Source: an uncultured bacterium (GTDB lineage: Bacteria; Babelota; Babeliae; Babelales; Vermiphilaceae). From it: a stretch of DNA of 64,000 nt. A program made the position numbers and the translations under genes. The stretch covers positions 512,001 through 576,000 of the forward strand of contig CAVSFC010000002.1 in assembly GCA_963727255.1 (NCBI GenBank). Direction: 5' to 3'. Shown piece after piece: positions 48,776 to 59,109 of this stretch (position 1 is its first letter; each line of letters starts with the position of its first letter). Under the pieces are notes generated by a model. It worked only from the letters and a program-made list of their open reading frames with translations. It searched no databases and had not been told where the DNA came from.

Positions 48776-49569
48776 ACATGATCCATCTTTCGTTTAAAAA
48801 AATATATTGCTACTACGCTAAACATACAAAAAAAGCCGAGCAAAGCAACAATACAGATTGTATACGAAATAAACTGATCTGAGCCAATGAGTGCAGAACG
48901 AACACCCTCAGTAAAATAGGTAAATGGATCAAGCAGTGAAAGATAGTCCAAGCAGTGGGATAATTTTTGCTTAATAAATACCAGGGAAGCCAAAGCCCAC
49001 CAAGTACCACCAAGGGCCAATTGAATCGCAGCCAAAATTGCCGAATGCTTGTTGCTTTTTTAATAATGCAAAGCCCCATCATTATATATGACGCGCAATA
49101 TAATGATGCGGCGACAATTACTATCATGAGAGCAAACCAGCTGCTCTGAAGAGATTCAAAATAGCTTGGTAAAATCGCATAAGCAAGCGGGAAATAGGGA
49201 ATAGATATAAGGCTTGCAATGAGTGCGGGAAAAGGATCATTTTGATAAGCAGAATGCGCGGTGGCACTATTGATATTTGATAGTCAATAAAGCGATCATG
49301 TTCAAGATCAAAAACAAAAGATGCGATCAGTGTATAGCATAATGAAAGCATGTTTATACGCGAACGTTCCGACCAATAAAATTACGCTTGTTTTAGTATG
49401 CCCAGGGCCAAAATAAACCCCTGGCTGAATATATCCAAAAGTTATAATAGCCAAGAGCGGATAAATCAAAAGATAATTGATGCCAAAATTGCTTATCCGT
49501 TTACCAAAAACATAAAAATCGCGAGCAAGCAAGCGCATAAGCAAGCGGCAGGAATACAATTAATTGCAT
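48772..49569 (-). pseudogene. ABC-2 permease broken by several frameshifts (pseudogene or assembly error)
   Basis: Fragments in different frames: LLARDFYVF, DLEHDRFIDYQI, LRFNWPLVVLGG, DPFTYFTEGVRSAL; paralogous to 49581-50372. Confidence 0.7.
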
Positions 49570-49580
49570 ACAGTGCTCCC

Positions 49581-50372
49581 TCAGACCGGATCTAATCGTT
49601 TATAAATTGCGCGTGCAAGCAGGTATCCAAGCATCAGGCACGCACTGCTTACAGCAAGCATGCACATAAGCAGGGGTAAATAATTCTTCCTGTCCAAAAA
49701 GTGCCGATCGTAATCCTTCATGCACATACGTAACCGGATTAAGTAAAAAAGATAGGCAATAGATTCATTAAAAATAAATAATCCCTTCCAGGTATAATAG
49801 CCGCACCCTAAAAAAAAGAGAGGGGTGAGCCTTCGTGCCCATACATTATCAAGAAACCAGGTATACGTTGAACTAAACGAAACATGCAAAAATAATAATG
49901 AATAAAATAACAAGTTAAGCAGATACATTACCATTAAAAGTATCCAGGATGGCGGATTCATTGGCAGGGATGAGGAAAGCACCACGCTTCCAAAAACGAT
50001 AATTGGCAGAGTTATCATCAGAAGTTCTATCATAAAAGAAAGAACGATTTGAGAAAACAGCCAAATTTTTGGTAGTGGCAACGCCATTTGATAATTAATA
50101 AAGCGAGCATGATGCAGATCATTAGCATATTTAAATGCGATATTATATCCTGCAGAAAATACGATCTGAGTAATCATACCAATAAAAAGTGGGCCGATTA
50201 AATATGAGGGCATGCCCATTATTGGGAGAAAATAGGCAATTACCAGAATCTGCATAGTAGCAATTACCAGACCATCAATAACCCGCGTTGATAATTCAGA
50301 AAGTATGAATTTAAAATCTCGATATACAAGCGCGCCAAAGGTGCGCAGGTATTGCAAACTCTTATTGGCCAT
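49581..50372 (-). CDS. ABC-2 type permease
   Basis: About 6 TM helices; the conserved LNPVTYVHEGLRSALFG is in an alternative frame between two compensating indels. Confidence 0.8.
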   Translation of the reverse strand: MANKSLQYLRTFGALVYRDFKFILSELSTRVIDGLVIATMQILVIAYFLPIMGMPSYLIGPLFIGMITQIVFSAGYNIAFKYANDLHHARFINYQMALPLPKIWLFSQIVLSFMIELLMITLPIIVFGSVVLSSSLPMNPPSWILLMVMYLLNLLFYSLLFLHVSFSSTYTWFLDNVWARRLTPLFFLGCGYYTWKGLFIFNESIAYLFYLIRLRMCMKDYDRHFLDRKNYLPLLMCMLAVSSACLMLGYLLARAIYKRLDPV

Positions 50373-51111
50373 CGGCTTCCTTGGTGAGTTCTAAAAATAT
50401 CTCTTCCAGTGAGGCCATCTGATGGCGTGCCTTTAAATCTTTCACTGATTCAATAAGCTGCACTTTTCCTTTATTTAAAATGCACACGCGATCAGAAAGC
50501 TGCTCAGCTTCATCAAGATAGTGAGTAGTTAAAATAACGGTAATGCCTTTTTGCTTAAGCTCTTTGATGATCGTCCATAATTTGCGACGGATATCAGGAT
50601 CAAGCCCAACGGTTGGCTCATCAAGTAATACAATTTGAGGATTATGCATGAGCGCGCGTGCAATGAGCACTCGTTGCTTGGTACCCCCAGAAAGCTGGTC
50701 AATTTGGAACTCAGCATAGCGAGTCAATTCAAGCAGCTCCATCAATTCCTGAGCCCGCTTTTGAATCTCTGCTTCGGGTAATAAGAAATAACGCCCGGCA
50801 AAGATCAGATTATCGCGCACATTTAAAAAGGTATCAAGATTCTGCTTTTGGGGGCAAAATCCCAGTGCTTTGCGATAGTGCATTAAATTTTTATAAATCG
50901 AGACCCCATTAAAAAGTACGTCACCAGAAGTTGCTGGATGTAATGTCGCAATAATTGATGAGAGTGTGGTTTTTCCCGCGCCATTAACCCCCAAAAGGCC
51001 GAAAATTTCTCCCTTTTGAATATCGAGGCTTACCCCGTTAAGGGCATTAACAATGCGATGATCAGTTTTATAGGTTTTCGATACGTTGCGTATCGAGAGT
51101 ATGTGTTGCAT
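50362..51111 (-). CDS. ABC transporter ATP-binding protein
   Basis: GVNGAGKTT, LSGGTKQR, LLDEPTVGLD, TTHYLDEA. Confidence 0.96.
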   Translation of the reverse strand: MQHILSIRNVSKTYKTDHRIVNALNGVSLDIQKGEIFGLLGVNGAGKTTLSSIIATLHPATSGDVLFNGVSIYKNLMHYRKALGFCPQKQNLDTFLNVRDNLIFAGRYFLLPEAEIQKRAQELMELLELTRYAEFQIDQLSGGTKQRVLIARALMHNPQIVLLDEPTVGLDPDIRRKLWTIIKELKQKGITVILTTHYLDEAEQLSDRVCILNKGKVQLIESVKDLKARHQMASLEEIFLELTKEADGQ

Positions 51112-51264
51112 GAGAAAAGGCCTTATGACAAGAAAAATATGCCTAAATTATAGCTTTTTTTCTATAATATCACAATCAAATATTTCAATTCATTGATATT
51201 TTTAATGGTATCTGATTTTACTGTAAACAATAATGTAATTTTTCTTTAAAAAGGAAGAAAAGTA

Positions 51265-54200
51265 ATGAAAAAGGTTGGATTGTCAACTTTCTTAGCTTTT
51301 TATAGCATTTCTGTATTTTGTGCATCTACAAATATTTTATCAGTAGAAGAAGAAACGTTAACGCGCGGCGGATGCTCGGGGCCAGCGGCCTCCTTCCCTT
51401 GTGGGCTAACAACTCCATGTTTTACGGTAGGAACTATAACAGCAACGGGAGATGCAACATTTAGTGCTCCTGTTTTTATTTCTGATACAACGCCAACAAC
51501 CAGCTGTTTTGACGGCGCACTCGTTGTTGCGGGTGGAGAGGCAATCGGGGGCGATCTTAATGTCTGTGGAACAATAACAGCAGGCGGCTTCAGAAAAAAT
51601 GGTGTTCTTGCAAATGAATTGCGCTCGGTACCGGGTTGCTCGGGTGGTATTTCCGGATGCACTGGCCCGAATCTTACCTTAGAAGTATTGGGAGGAGCAG
51701 GGATTCTTGATGATCTAACAGTCTGCGGAACTATTTTTGGCAATAATCTTAATGTGTGCAACAATGCAACGGTTCAAAATCTGAATGTGCTGGGCACGGG
51801 TACAATTAATAATATTGTGATTACAGGAACTGGCACGATTTCTTACGATAATTTAACGGTAACCGGTACATTAACAGCTAATAATCTCAATGTAGGAGGC
51901 ACATCTAATTTTAGTGGTCCAGTATCGGTAAATAATATAACGATTAATGGTACCGGAACTGCAAATAATTTTGTGATTAATAATAATTTAACCGTTGGTG
52001 GCACTGCCATTATAAATAATGAAATGGTAAATTATATTACGGGTAATACCGGTGTATTTAATAGCCTTATCACCAATAATTTTACAACAAACAATTTTTC
52101 AACCACAAATCTCACGGTAACCGGCACTGCAACGATAAATAATGAAACAGTAAATACTATAACGGGCAGCACAGGTAGTTTTAAGACATTAAATGTAAAC
52201 AATTTAAATGTGACTGGGCCTGTCAGTTTTAGTAATAGCACTAATAGCACGGGTTGTAATAATGGCGCAGTAACGGTTTCAGGAGGCGTTGGTGTTGGCG
52301 GCAATATTAATGTGTGTGGAACCGGTGGATTTAATAACTTGACTGTCACGGGAAATAGCACTCTTAATACCGAAACCGTGAACGTGATTACGGGCGGTAC
52401 CGGTGCTTTTAATACTTTGAAAGTGAATAATTTAAATGTGACCGGCCCGGCTAGTTTCAGTGGGCCAGTGAGTATTAGTAATACTACCCAAAGCACCGGC
52501 TGCACTAACGGTGCACTCACCGTGAGTGGCGGAGTTGGTATTGGCGGTAATTTGAATGTGTGTGGCAGTGTGAGTGGGCCAATTTCATATAAATTTTCTT
52601 CGACTTGTACGGGTGTTACGGGCAGGACAGTACAATCTAAACTTGATGATTATTGGATAAATATAAAAGATTTTGGTGCTGTAGGAAATGGCACAGCCGA
52701 TGATACTGCAGCTATTCAAGCCGCAATTAATTGCGCAGTAGCAAATGGCGGCGGAACGGTATTTTTCCCGTGCGGCACCTTTCAAATAACGAGTGCTCTC
52801 AATTGTACAATAATCGATCAGAATACTCCGGTTCGCTTTTTGGGAAGCAATGCAGGTATAGCGCAAGGCACTACAACCTGTGAAATTCTTGGTAATACTC
52901 CTAATATGATGTTTGATTGTACCGAGGGTGGTTCAATATTATTTGAGAATCTTAATCTGAGAGGTGGAACATCAACTATCGGTATCGTCATGCAGGAAGG
53001 AACATTAGATTCATCCGATGAAAATAGAATGGTATATGTGAGTATTCTGATGCCTTCTAATCCCACCGCAAATGGAGGACAAGGAACGGTAGCATTTTAT
53101 AATAATGGAGCAGAGCTTTTTACTGCTGATAGTTGTACCTTTAAGGCTGATACACCACTCATCGTAACCAACCAATCAGTAAATGCTTCTTTTAATAGTA
53201 TTTATGCAACTGCGAGTGCAGGACCAAATTCCTGTTCTATGATTGAATTTGAAAGTTGTCTATTTCTTGCCTTATCATATAATGCTATTCTACTCTATGG
53301 CCCTTCTCAATACGCGATGGACCAAATTAATTTTAAACAGTTTTATTGTCTAAATGAAGGCACGGCGTATAATCCTGGTACATTTTGCATTACAGCAAAT
53401 GCCTCTCTCATTGATTCTTCATTTTACGGGCATGCAGAAGAGTTCTTACAGTATATAAATTTTCAACAAGTAGTTACGCATGCGGATCTTTTTTTTGACG
53501 GTGGATCAACTGCTGGTGCAGGCGTGCCGCTTATAGCCCTCACTGATGTAGCTTCTAATTATGCTGCCCCTAGTGTGCAAGGATCTACGATTAATTTTTC
53601 TGCTGCAAATGTTCCTCTTCTTATGCAAATCACCACTAATTCTAATGTAAGACAAGCAACTGTTTTTGATAATATTATTTATCTTTACGGGTCGCAGGGA
53701 TTAGATTTTTCGAATGGAATTAGTGGGGGAAATATGATCTTTGCCTATCAAACCAGTTCAGTTCCTTCCATTCTCCAAGGAACCGGAACCCACGGATATT
53801 TATTATTTAACCAATCTTCCACTATGAACTTTGATGGTAATTTAAATCTGTATGGAACTGGTGCTTATCAACAGGGTGGGCAATTTTTGGTTGGCCAGGA
53901 TATTACTGGTAATAATGTGGCTGTAGGGTTGAATAGTTTTGGTAGCCCGGCATTACCCAGTGCAACGGTAACTGGTATTGATAATACGGCAGTTGGCGCT
54001 GGCGCATTAGGAGCACTCACTTCAGGCAATCAAAATTGTGCATTTGGTTTTCAAGCTTTGAATGCAAATAATGTTGGTAGTAGTAACGTGGCGATGGGTT
54101 ACGATGCTATGCAATCGGTAACTGGCGGTGCTAACAACGTTGCAATTGGTTTTGTAGCTTTGCAAAATGGAAAGAATGCAAATACTAATGTAGCAATTGG

Positions 54201-55467
54201 CTCTTATGCCATGAATGCTGCGCATGGGTCTAATAACGTGGCGTTAGGTAATGATGCGATGATTAGTGCCTCCGGTAGCGGTAATGTGGCGATTGGGGTT
54301 GCTACTTTAGCAAGTAATGTGAGCTCAAGTCAAAACATAGCTATTGGATCCGATGCGATGGCTAGCATAACTTCGGGTAGCTCTAATATCGCGGTTGGGC
54401 AAAATGCTTTAAACACTGCAAATGCAGCAAGCCTCAATGTGGCAATCGGAAGCTCAGCTCAGTCTTCTGCAGTTAATGCTTCCTCAAATGTGGCGATTGG
54501 AGTAAACGCAATGTCGAATGCAAGTGGTACAAGCAGCAATATTGCTCTGGGACAGAATGCAATGCAGAATGCTCCTAGTGCAACTTTAAATGTTGCGATT
54601 GGAGCAGGCGCAATGGGGTCTGCTATTGCTGCAAATACTAACGTAGCAATAGGTGAATACGCGATGGCAAATGCAAGTGGCTCAACGCAGAACGTTGCTT
54701 TGGGAATGAATGCTATGGTCTTTGCTACCGGAACAAATCTTACCGGCAGTAATAACGTTGCAATAGGAACGGCAGCAATGGCGAATGCAATGGGTTCAAA
54801 TTCAAATGTGGCAATAGGCGCGGGTACTCTTTATAGCAATACGGGTTCAAATAACGTTGCAATTGGTACCAATGCCCTTGATAATAGCTTAACTGGCGCT
54901 AAAAATATTGCCATCGGCAATAATGCCGGATCTGCATTAGTTGCCGGCGAAAGCAATAATATAGATATAGCTAATAATGGCGTAGCCGGAGATCAAGGAG
55001 TTATTCGTTTGGGTACTCAAAGTACCCAAACCAGTTGTTATGTTGCAGGAGTTTTTGGTGTCACCGGGGCAACCGGATCTGCAATTCCAGTGTATATAAG
55101 TTCTAATGGCCAGCTCGGCACGGTTGCATCATCACGCAGATATAAAACAGACATTTGCGATATTAGCGGGCAGCAGGAAAAAATGCTCAAGTTGCGGCCG
55201 GTTACCTTTGCATATAAGCATGATACAAGCAATAACAAGCAATATGGTTTGATTGCCGAAGAGGTTGCTGAACTGTATCCGGAAATGATTGTGCGGGATG
55301 GAGCGGGTGAAATTTACACGATCAATTATCTGGCACTGATTCCATTGTTACTCAATCAGATTCAGGAAATGGAAAATGAGATGAGAGTGCGCGATATGCA
55401 GTATAATGCACAAATTTCAGAATTGCGTACGATGGTCAATAAACTAATGGTTCTTTTGCCAGCCTAA
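51265..55467 (+). CDS. Large secreted fibre/tailspike-like adhesin with pectate-lyase-like beta-helix, NVAIG repeats and C-terminal intramolecular chaperone (peptidase S74-like)
   Basis: Signal peptide; NLTVTG repeats; NIKDFGAVGNGTADDTAAIQAA; about 20 N.A[IL]G repeats; SSRRYKTDI..LRPVTF.YK..YGLIAEEV; coiled-coil end. Confidence 0.88.
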   Translation: MKKVGLSTFLAFYSISVFCASTNILSVEEETLTRGGCSGPAASFPCGLTTPCFTVGTITATGDATFSAPVFISDTTPTTSCFDGALVVAGGEAIGGDLNVCGTITAGGFRKNGVLANELRSVPGCSGGISGCTGPNLTLEVLGGAGILDDLTVCGTIFGNNLNVCNNATVQNLNVLGTGTINNIVITGTGTISYDNLTVTGTLTANNLNVGGTSNFSGPVSVNNITINGTGTANNFVINNNLTVGGTAIINNEMVNYITGNTGVFNSLITNNFTTNNFSTTNLTVTGTATINNETVNTITGSTGSFKTLNVNNLNVTGPVSFSNSTNSTGCNNGAVTVSGGVGVGGNINVCGTGGFNNLTVTGNSTLNTETVNVITGGTGAFNTLKVNNLNVTGPASFSGPVSISNTTQSTGCTNGALTVSGGVGIGGNLNVCGSVSGPISYKFSSTCTGVTGRTVQSKLDDYWINIKDFGAVGNGTADDTAAIQAAINCAVANGGGTVFFPCGTFQITSALNCTIIDQNTPVRFLGSNAGIAQGTTTCEILGNTPNMMFDCTEGGSILFENLNLRGGTSTIGIVMQEGTLDSSDENRMVYVSILMPSNPTANGGQGTVAFYNNGAELFTADSCTFKADTPLIVTNQSVNASFNSIYATASAGPNSCSMIEFESCLFLALSYNAILLYGPSQYAMDQINFKQFYCLNEGTAYNPGTFCITANASLIDSSFYGHAEEFLQYINFQQVVTHADLFFDGGSTAGAGVPLIALTDVASNYAAPSVQGSTINFSAANVPLLMQITTNSNVRQATVFDNIIYLYGSQGLDFSNGISGGNMIFAYQTSSVPSILQGTGTHGYLLFNQSSTMNFDGNLNLYGTGAYQQGGQFLVGQDITGNNVAVGLNSFGSPALPSATVTGIDNTAVGAGALGALTSGNQNCAFGFQALNANNVGSSNVAMGYDAMQSVTGGANNVAIGFVALQNGKNANTNVAIGSYAMNAAHGSNNVALGNDAMISASGSGNVAIGVATLASNVSSSQNIAIGSDAMASITSGSSNIAVGQNALNTANAASLNVAIGSSAQSSAVNASSNVAIGVNAMSNASGTSSNIALGQNAMQNAPSATLNVAIGAGAMGSAIAANTNVAIGEYAMANASGSTQNVALGMNAMVFATGTNLTGSNNVAIGTAAMANAMGSNSNVAIGAGTLYSNTGSNNVAIGTNALDNSLTGAKNIAIGNNAGSALVAGESNNIDIANNGVAGDQGVIRLGTQSTQTSCYVAGVFGVTGATGSAIPVYISSNGQLGTVASSRRYKTDICDISGQQEKMLKLRPVTFAYKHDTSNNKQYGLIAEEVAELYPEMIVRDGAGEIYTINYLALIPLLLNQIQEMENEMRVRDMQYNAQISELRTMVNKLMVLLPA

Positions 55468-55491
55468 AAAATAAGAGTGGCTTCATATTTG

Positions 55492-55530
55492 GGATCCCTT
55501 GCTTTGAAAAAGTGAGGGATCCGAGTTTTT
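55492..55530 (+). terminator. Probable terminator
   Basis: ggatccct...agggatcc stem followed by a T-run. Confidence 0.55.
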
Positions 55531-55635
55531 GTAAGAAATATTTTTTTCTTGAGCTATCAAAATTGCACCATTTTTGGTTTTGCCGTATCATAAACCTTAT
55601 AAAACAATTTCATTCTTATCAAAGGTACTTTTACC

Positions 55636-57960
55636 ATGAAACTCTCATTATCTTGGCTTTGCGATCACATTGATGCTGACTGGAGAAAAATAGATGTCCC
55701 GGCGTTGGTGAATTTGTTTAATAAAACCACGGCTGAGATTGAGGGATTTGATAAGGTTAAAATCGATCTTAAAAAATTGGCTGCTGCAAAAGTAAAAGAG
55801 ACTAATAGCCGAGCGATAATTGTAGAAGTTCCTGAATGGAAACATACCATCGATATGCCTATCCGCGCAGAAGCAGAAGTTAATCAGACTTATCTCATTG
55901 CTCGCGAAGGGCAAAGCTATGCATGGGCAAAATTAAGCCATTTTGGTTCAGAAAAAGAAGGCCTCTTGCCCGCATTCTCTCTCGAAGAAAAAGAATTGCA
56001 TGGGGATTGGAAAAAATTAGTTGAAGAAGAAGATATAATTCTCCATCTTGATAATAAATCAGTAAATCATCGGCCGGATATGTGGGGCCATCGTGGGGTG
56101 GCAAGAGAAGTAGCTGCGATGCTTAAAGTGCCATTCAAAGCGCTTGATGATATGCTCATTTCTCATGCGATTGAACAACCTAAAAATGGAAAAACTGCCC
56201 AATCAAAAGATTTTAGTATCACCGTTGAAAATCCTGAATCATGCCGCAGATTTGCGGGCCTATACTTTCCTCGCATTGATTCATTGGCAAGCACCATCAA
56301 AATTGGCGCTCGGCTGGTAAAAGTTGATAGTCGCCCGATCAATATGATCGTTGATGCAACCAATTATGTAATGCTCGATATTAGCCAACCGATGCATGCA
56401 TTTGATTCTCAAAAACTATCATCACCTTCGATTGTGGTGCGCAATGCAAAAAATAAAGAATCAATCACGTTGCTCGATGGGCAAGTTATAGAACTAACAA
56501 GCGATGATTGCGTGATCACCGATGGCAAGAAGCCAATTGCACTTGCGGGAATTATGGGAAGCAATAATTCCGGGGTTGATACCAAAAAATCAACAGACAG
56601 TCTCTTTTTAGAATCAGCAAATTTTAATCCGAGTGTGATCCGTAAAACGGCAGGACGTGTAAAAAAACGGACCGAAGCCTCTGCACGTTTTGAAAAAGAT
56701 CTTGATCCAAATCAAATAAGTATTGGAATTCAGCGTTTTTTAAAAGTAATGGATGATGCAAAAGTTGCGTGCAAAACCGGTGATCCTATTATGATAGTTG
56801 GTCCGGAAGCTCCACAAAAAAAGCTAGAAATTTCTCATGCCTATATTCAGAATTTGCTTGGGGTTACCATTGATCCCAAATTTGTAATTAAAACTCTCGA
56901 GAAGCTTGAATTTGCAGTGAGTGAAAAAGATGGAGCATATCATATTAGTGTGCCTTCATTCCGAGCAACCAAAGATATCAGTATCAAACAAGATATTGTT
57001 GAAGAAGTAGGTAGATTCTATGGCTATGATAATGTGCCTGAAGTTTTTCCTTCACGCGAGACTAAGCCGTTTGATCTAACACCGGTAATGCGCAAAAGAA
57101 AAATTAAGCAATTACTTGCCTATGCGCTTAACATGCATGAAGTATATACCTATGCCTTCTTTGATGAATCATTCTTGCAAATTATTAACTGGCAACCTGG
57201 CAAAACACTGCGCGTTCAGGAAGCAGTTTCAGAAAATTGGCAACGATTGGTGACAAGTTTAGTTCCAAATTTATTAAAAGTTGTTCATGCGCATGCAAGC
57301 GAGCTTGATCAGATGAACTTTTTTGATTGGGCGCGTATTTGGCCTGAAGAAAAAGAGCTGGAAGAAAAAGCATCGCTGGCCGGGATTTTTGTGCATCAAA
57401 AACAAGCGGTTGATTTTTATGAGTGCAAACAGCAACTTTGCAAAATTGCCCGTTTGCTCGGTGTGAAATTTGATTGGGTTAAGGCTGATGAAAGCAAACT
57501 TGAACCCTGGTATTTGCCCTATCAAACCGGATATCTGATGTGCGATGGGAATTTGATCGGCGTTGCAGGAAAAGTAAATCCTGCCTTCTTTAATAGAGTT
57601 GCATCGGGTGATGCGTTCATTTTTGAGCTTGATGGTGATTTCTTGCTTAATCATATGATTGCTCCTAAACGATTTGTGCCAGCGCATAAATATCCAACGA
57701 TAGTGCGCGATGTGAGTATGCTTATCCCGCTTTCAGCCACCGTTCAATCCTTGCGCGATGCGCTGAAAAAAATTGATGTTAAAATTTCACAGGTTGATTT
57801 GCTCGATTTCTTTGAAAAGCCTGAATGGAAAGATCAAAAATCGCTCACTTTCAGAATTACTTTAGTTGATCCGAATGCTACCATGACCACGGCGCAAGCA
57901 GACACCATTATGAATGCGGTGAATGCATACTTGCAAAAACAAGGGGCTACCATTAGATGA
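55636..57960 (+). CDS. pheT: Phenylalanine-tRNA ligase beta subunit
   Basis: SLSWL, NHRPDMWGHRGVARE, D.TNYVM, LESANF, DIVEEVGR.YGY, YP.IVRD.S, KSLTF. Confidence 0.96.
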   Translation: MKLSLSWLCDHIDADWRKIDVPALVNLFNKTTAEIEGFDKVKIDLKKLAAAKVKETNSRAIIVEVPEWKHTIDMPIRAEAEVNQTYLIAREGQSYAWAKLSHFGSEKEGLLPAFSLEEKELHGDWKKLVEEEDIILHLDNKSVNHRPDMWGHRGVAREVAAMLKVPFKALDDMLISHAIEQPKNGKTAQSKDFSITVENPESCRRFAGLYFPRIDSLASTIKIGARLVKVDSRPINMIVDATNYVMLDISQPMHAFDSQKLSSPSIVVRNAKNKESITLLDGQVIELTSDDCVITDGKKPIALAGIMGSNNSGVDTKKSTDSLFLESANFNPSVIRKTAGRVKKRTEASARFEKDLDPNQISIGIQRFLKVMDDAKVACKTGDPIMIVGPEAPQKKLEISHAYIQNLLGVTIDPKFVIKTLEKLEFAVSEKDGAYHISVPSFRATKDISIKQDIVEEVGRFYGYDNVPEVFPSRETKPFDLTPVMRKRKIKQLLAYALNMHEVYTYAFFDESFLQIINWQPGKTLRVQEAVSENWQRLVTSLVPNLLKVVHAHASELDQMNFFDWARIWPEEKELEEKASLAGIFVHQKQAVDFYECKQQLCKIARLLGVKFDWVKADESKLEPWYLPYQTGYLMCDGNLIGVAGKVNPAFFNRVASGDAFIFELDGDFLLNHMIAPKRFVPAHKYPTIVRDVSMLIPLSATVQSLRDALKKIDVKISQVDLLDFFEKPEWKDQKSLTFRITLVDPNATMTTAQADTIMNAVNAYLQKQGATIR

Positions 57961-58415
57961 ATAATCGATCAGTAAGAAATTATGGTATTCTTGCTCTCAT
58001 AATCATTCTCGCCGACAGGCTCTCTAAAGATTGGGCACTTAAGCTCACCGGTGAAAAAATTATCAATCCATTTCTTTCATTCGATCTCACCTTTAATCGT
58101 GGTATTAATTGGGGTTTTTTTAATTCCACTAATCCGGCATTATTTTTTTTTATTAATATCGCCATAGCGATAGTGATTATCGGATTAGTTGGCTATACCT
58201 ATTTTTGTTGGAAACTTAAGCAACCGATTACTGGACATGTTTTAATTCTTGCGGGCGCTGTATCCAATTATTTTGATCGTATTATTTATGGCGGAGTGAT
58301 TGATTTTATTGTTCTCTCATGGACCCACTGGACATGGCCCGCATTTAATATTGCCGATGCTGCCATCTGCATAGGCATAGGATTAATCGCGCTACACATT
58401 TATCGAGAAAAATGA
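57957..58415 (+). CDS. lspA: Lipoprotein signal peptidase II
   Basis: D..SK, NRGINWG, GA.SN.FDR, GVIDFI, FNIADAAI. Confidence 0.95.
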   Translation: MNNRSVRNYGILALIIILADRLSKDWALKLTGEKIINPFLSFDLTFNRGINWGFFNSTNPALFFFINIAIAIVIIGLVGYTYFCWKLKQPITGHVLILAGAVSNYFDRIIYGGVIDFIVLSWTHWTWPAFNIADAAICIGIGLIALHIYREK

Positions 58416-58419
58416 AAAA

Positions 58420-59109
58420 ATGCACCAAGAATTACTCAAACTAATTTCACAAAAAGTTTCTCGGGCATTTAATCTCGGCATGGACCATCTGATTGCGCCA
58501 CCATTTTGCGCACACTGCAAAGATTTTTTATCAACCCGCATGATTTTTTGCATCGAATGCTATGAGAAAATTGATCCGATTGTTTCGGTGCAGATACCGA
58601 TCACTAAAACTAAATCCATGGCGGTTATTGCGGTTTCTGATTATCAAGAACCCCTTAAATCTTTAATCTTGGCAAAATCGTGGGGAGATATTGTGGCAAG
58701 CAATCAACTGGGACAATTAATCTGGCAGATGACCTATTTTAAGCAGATGCCCTGCGATTTTCTGATTCCAATTCCGCTCCATTGGATGCGCTATGCAAAG
58801 CGGGGCTATAATCAAGCGGAAGAGATTGCTCGAGTGCTGGCTGCCTATAAAAATGTACCGGTTACCACTATTCTCAAGCGTGTAAAACATACACCATTTC
58901 AATCTTCACTTGCACATGATAAGCGCATGGGTAATGTAAAAGAAGCATTCGCATTAAAAAATAGTGATCTTACTATCTATCAAAACAAACATTTAGTGCT
59001 CGTTGATGATCTTATGACCACTGGATCAACATTAGTATCGGCAGCAAAAGTTTTACTACCTCTTCATCCTCAATCTATTACTGCTGTGGTAGTAGCCCGC
59101 GTATGTTAA
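58420..59109 (+). CDS. comF: ComF family protein (zinc ribbon plus PRTase)
   Basis: CAHC..CIEC, PIPLH..R..KRGYNQA, LVDDLMTTGST. Confidence 0.92.
   Translation: MHQELLKLISQKVSRAFNLGMDHLIAPPFCAHCKDFLSTRMIFCIECYEKIDPIVSVQIPITKTKSMAVIAVSDYQEPLKSLILAKSWGDIVASNQLGQLIWQMTYFKQMPCDFLIPIPLHWMRYAKRGYNQAEEIARVLAAYKNVPVTTILKRVKHTPFQSSLAHDKRMGNVKEAFALKNSDLTIYQNKHLVLVDDLMTTGSTLVSAAKVLLPLHPQSITAVVVARVC

Noticed and set aside
51265..55467. Prophage region
   Set aside because: There is only one fibre-like gene, it has a signal peptide, and no capsid, terminase or integrase lies nearby.
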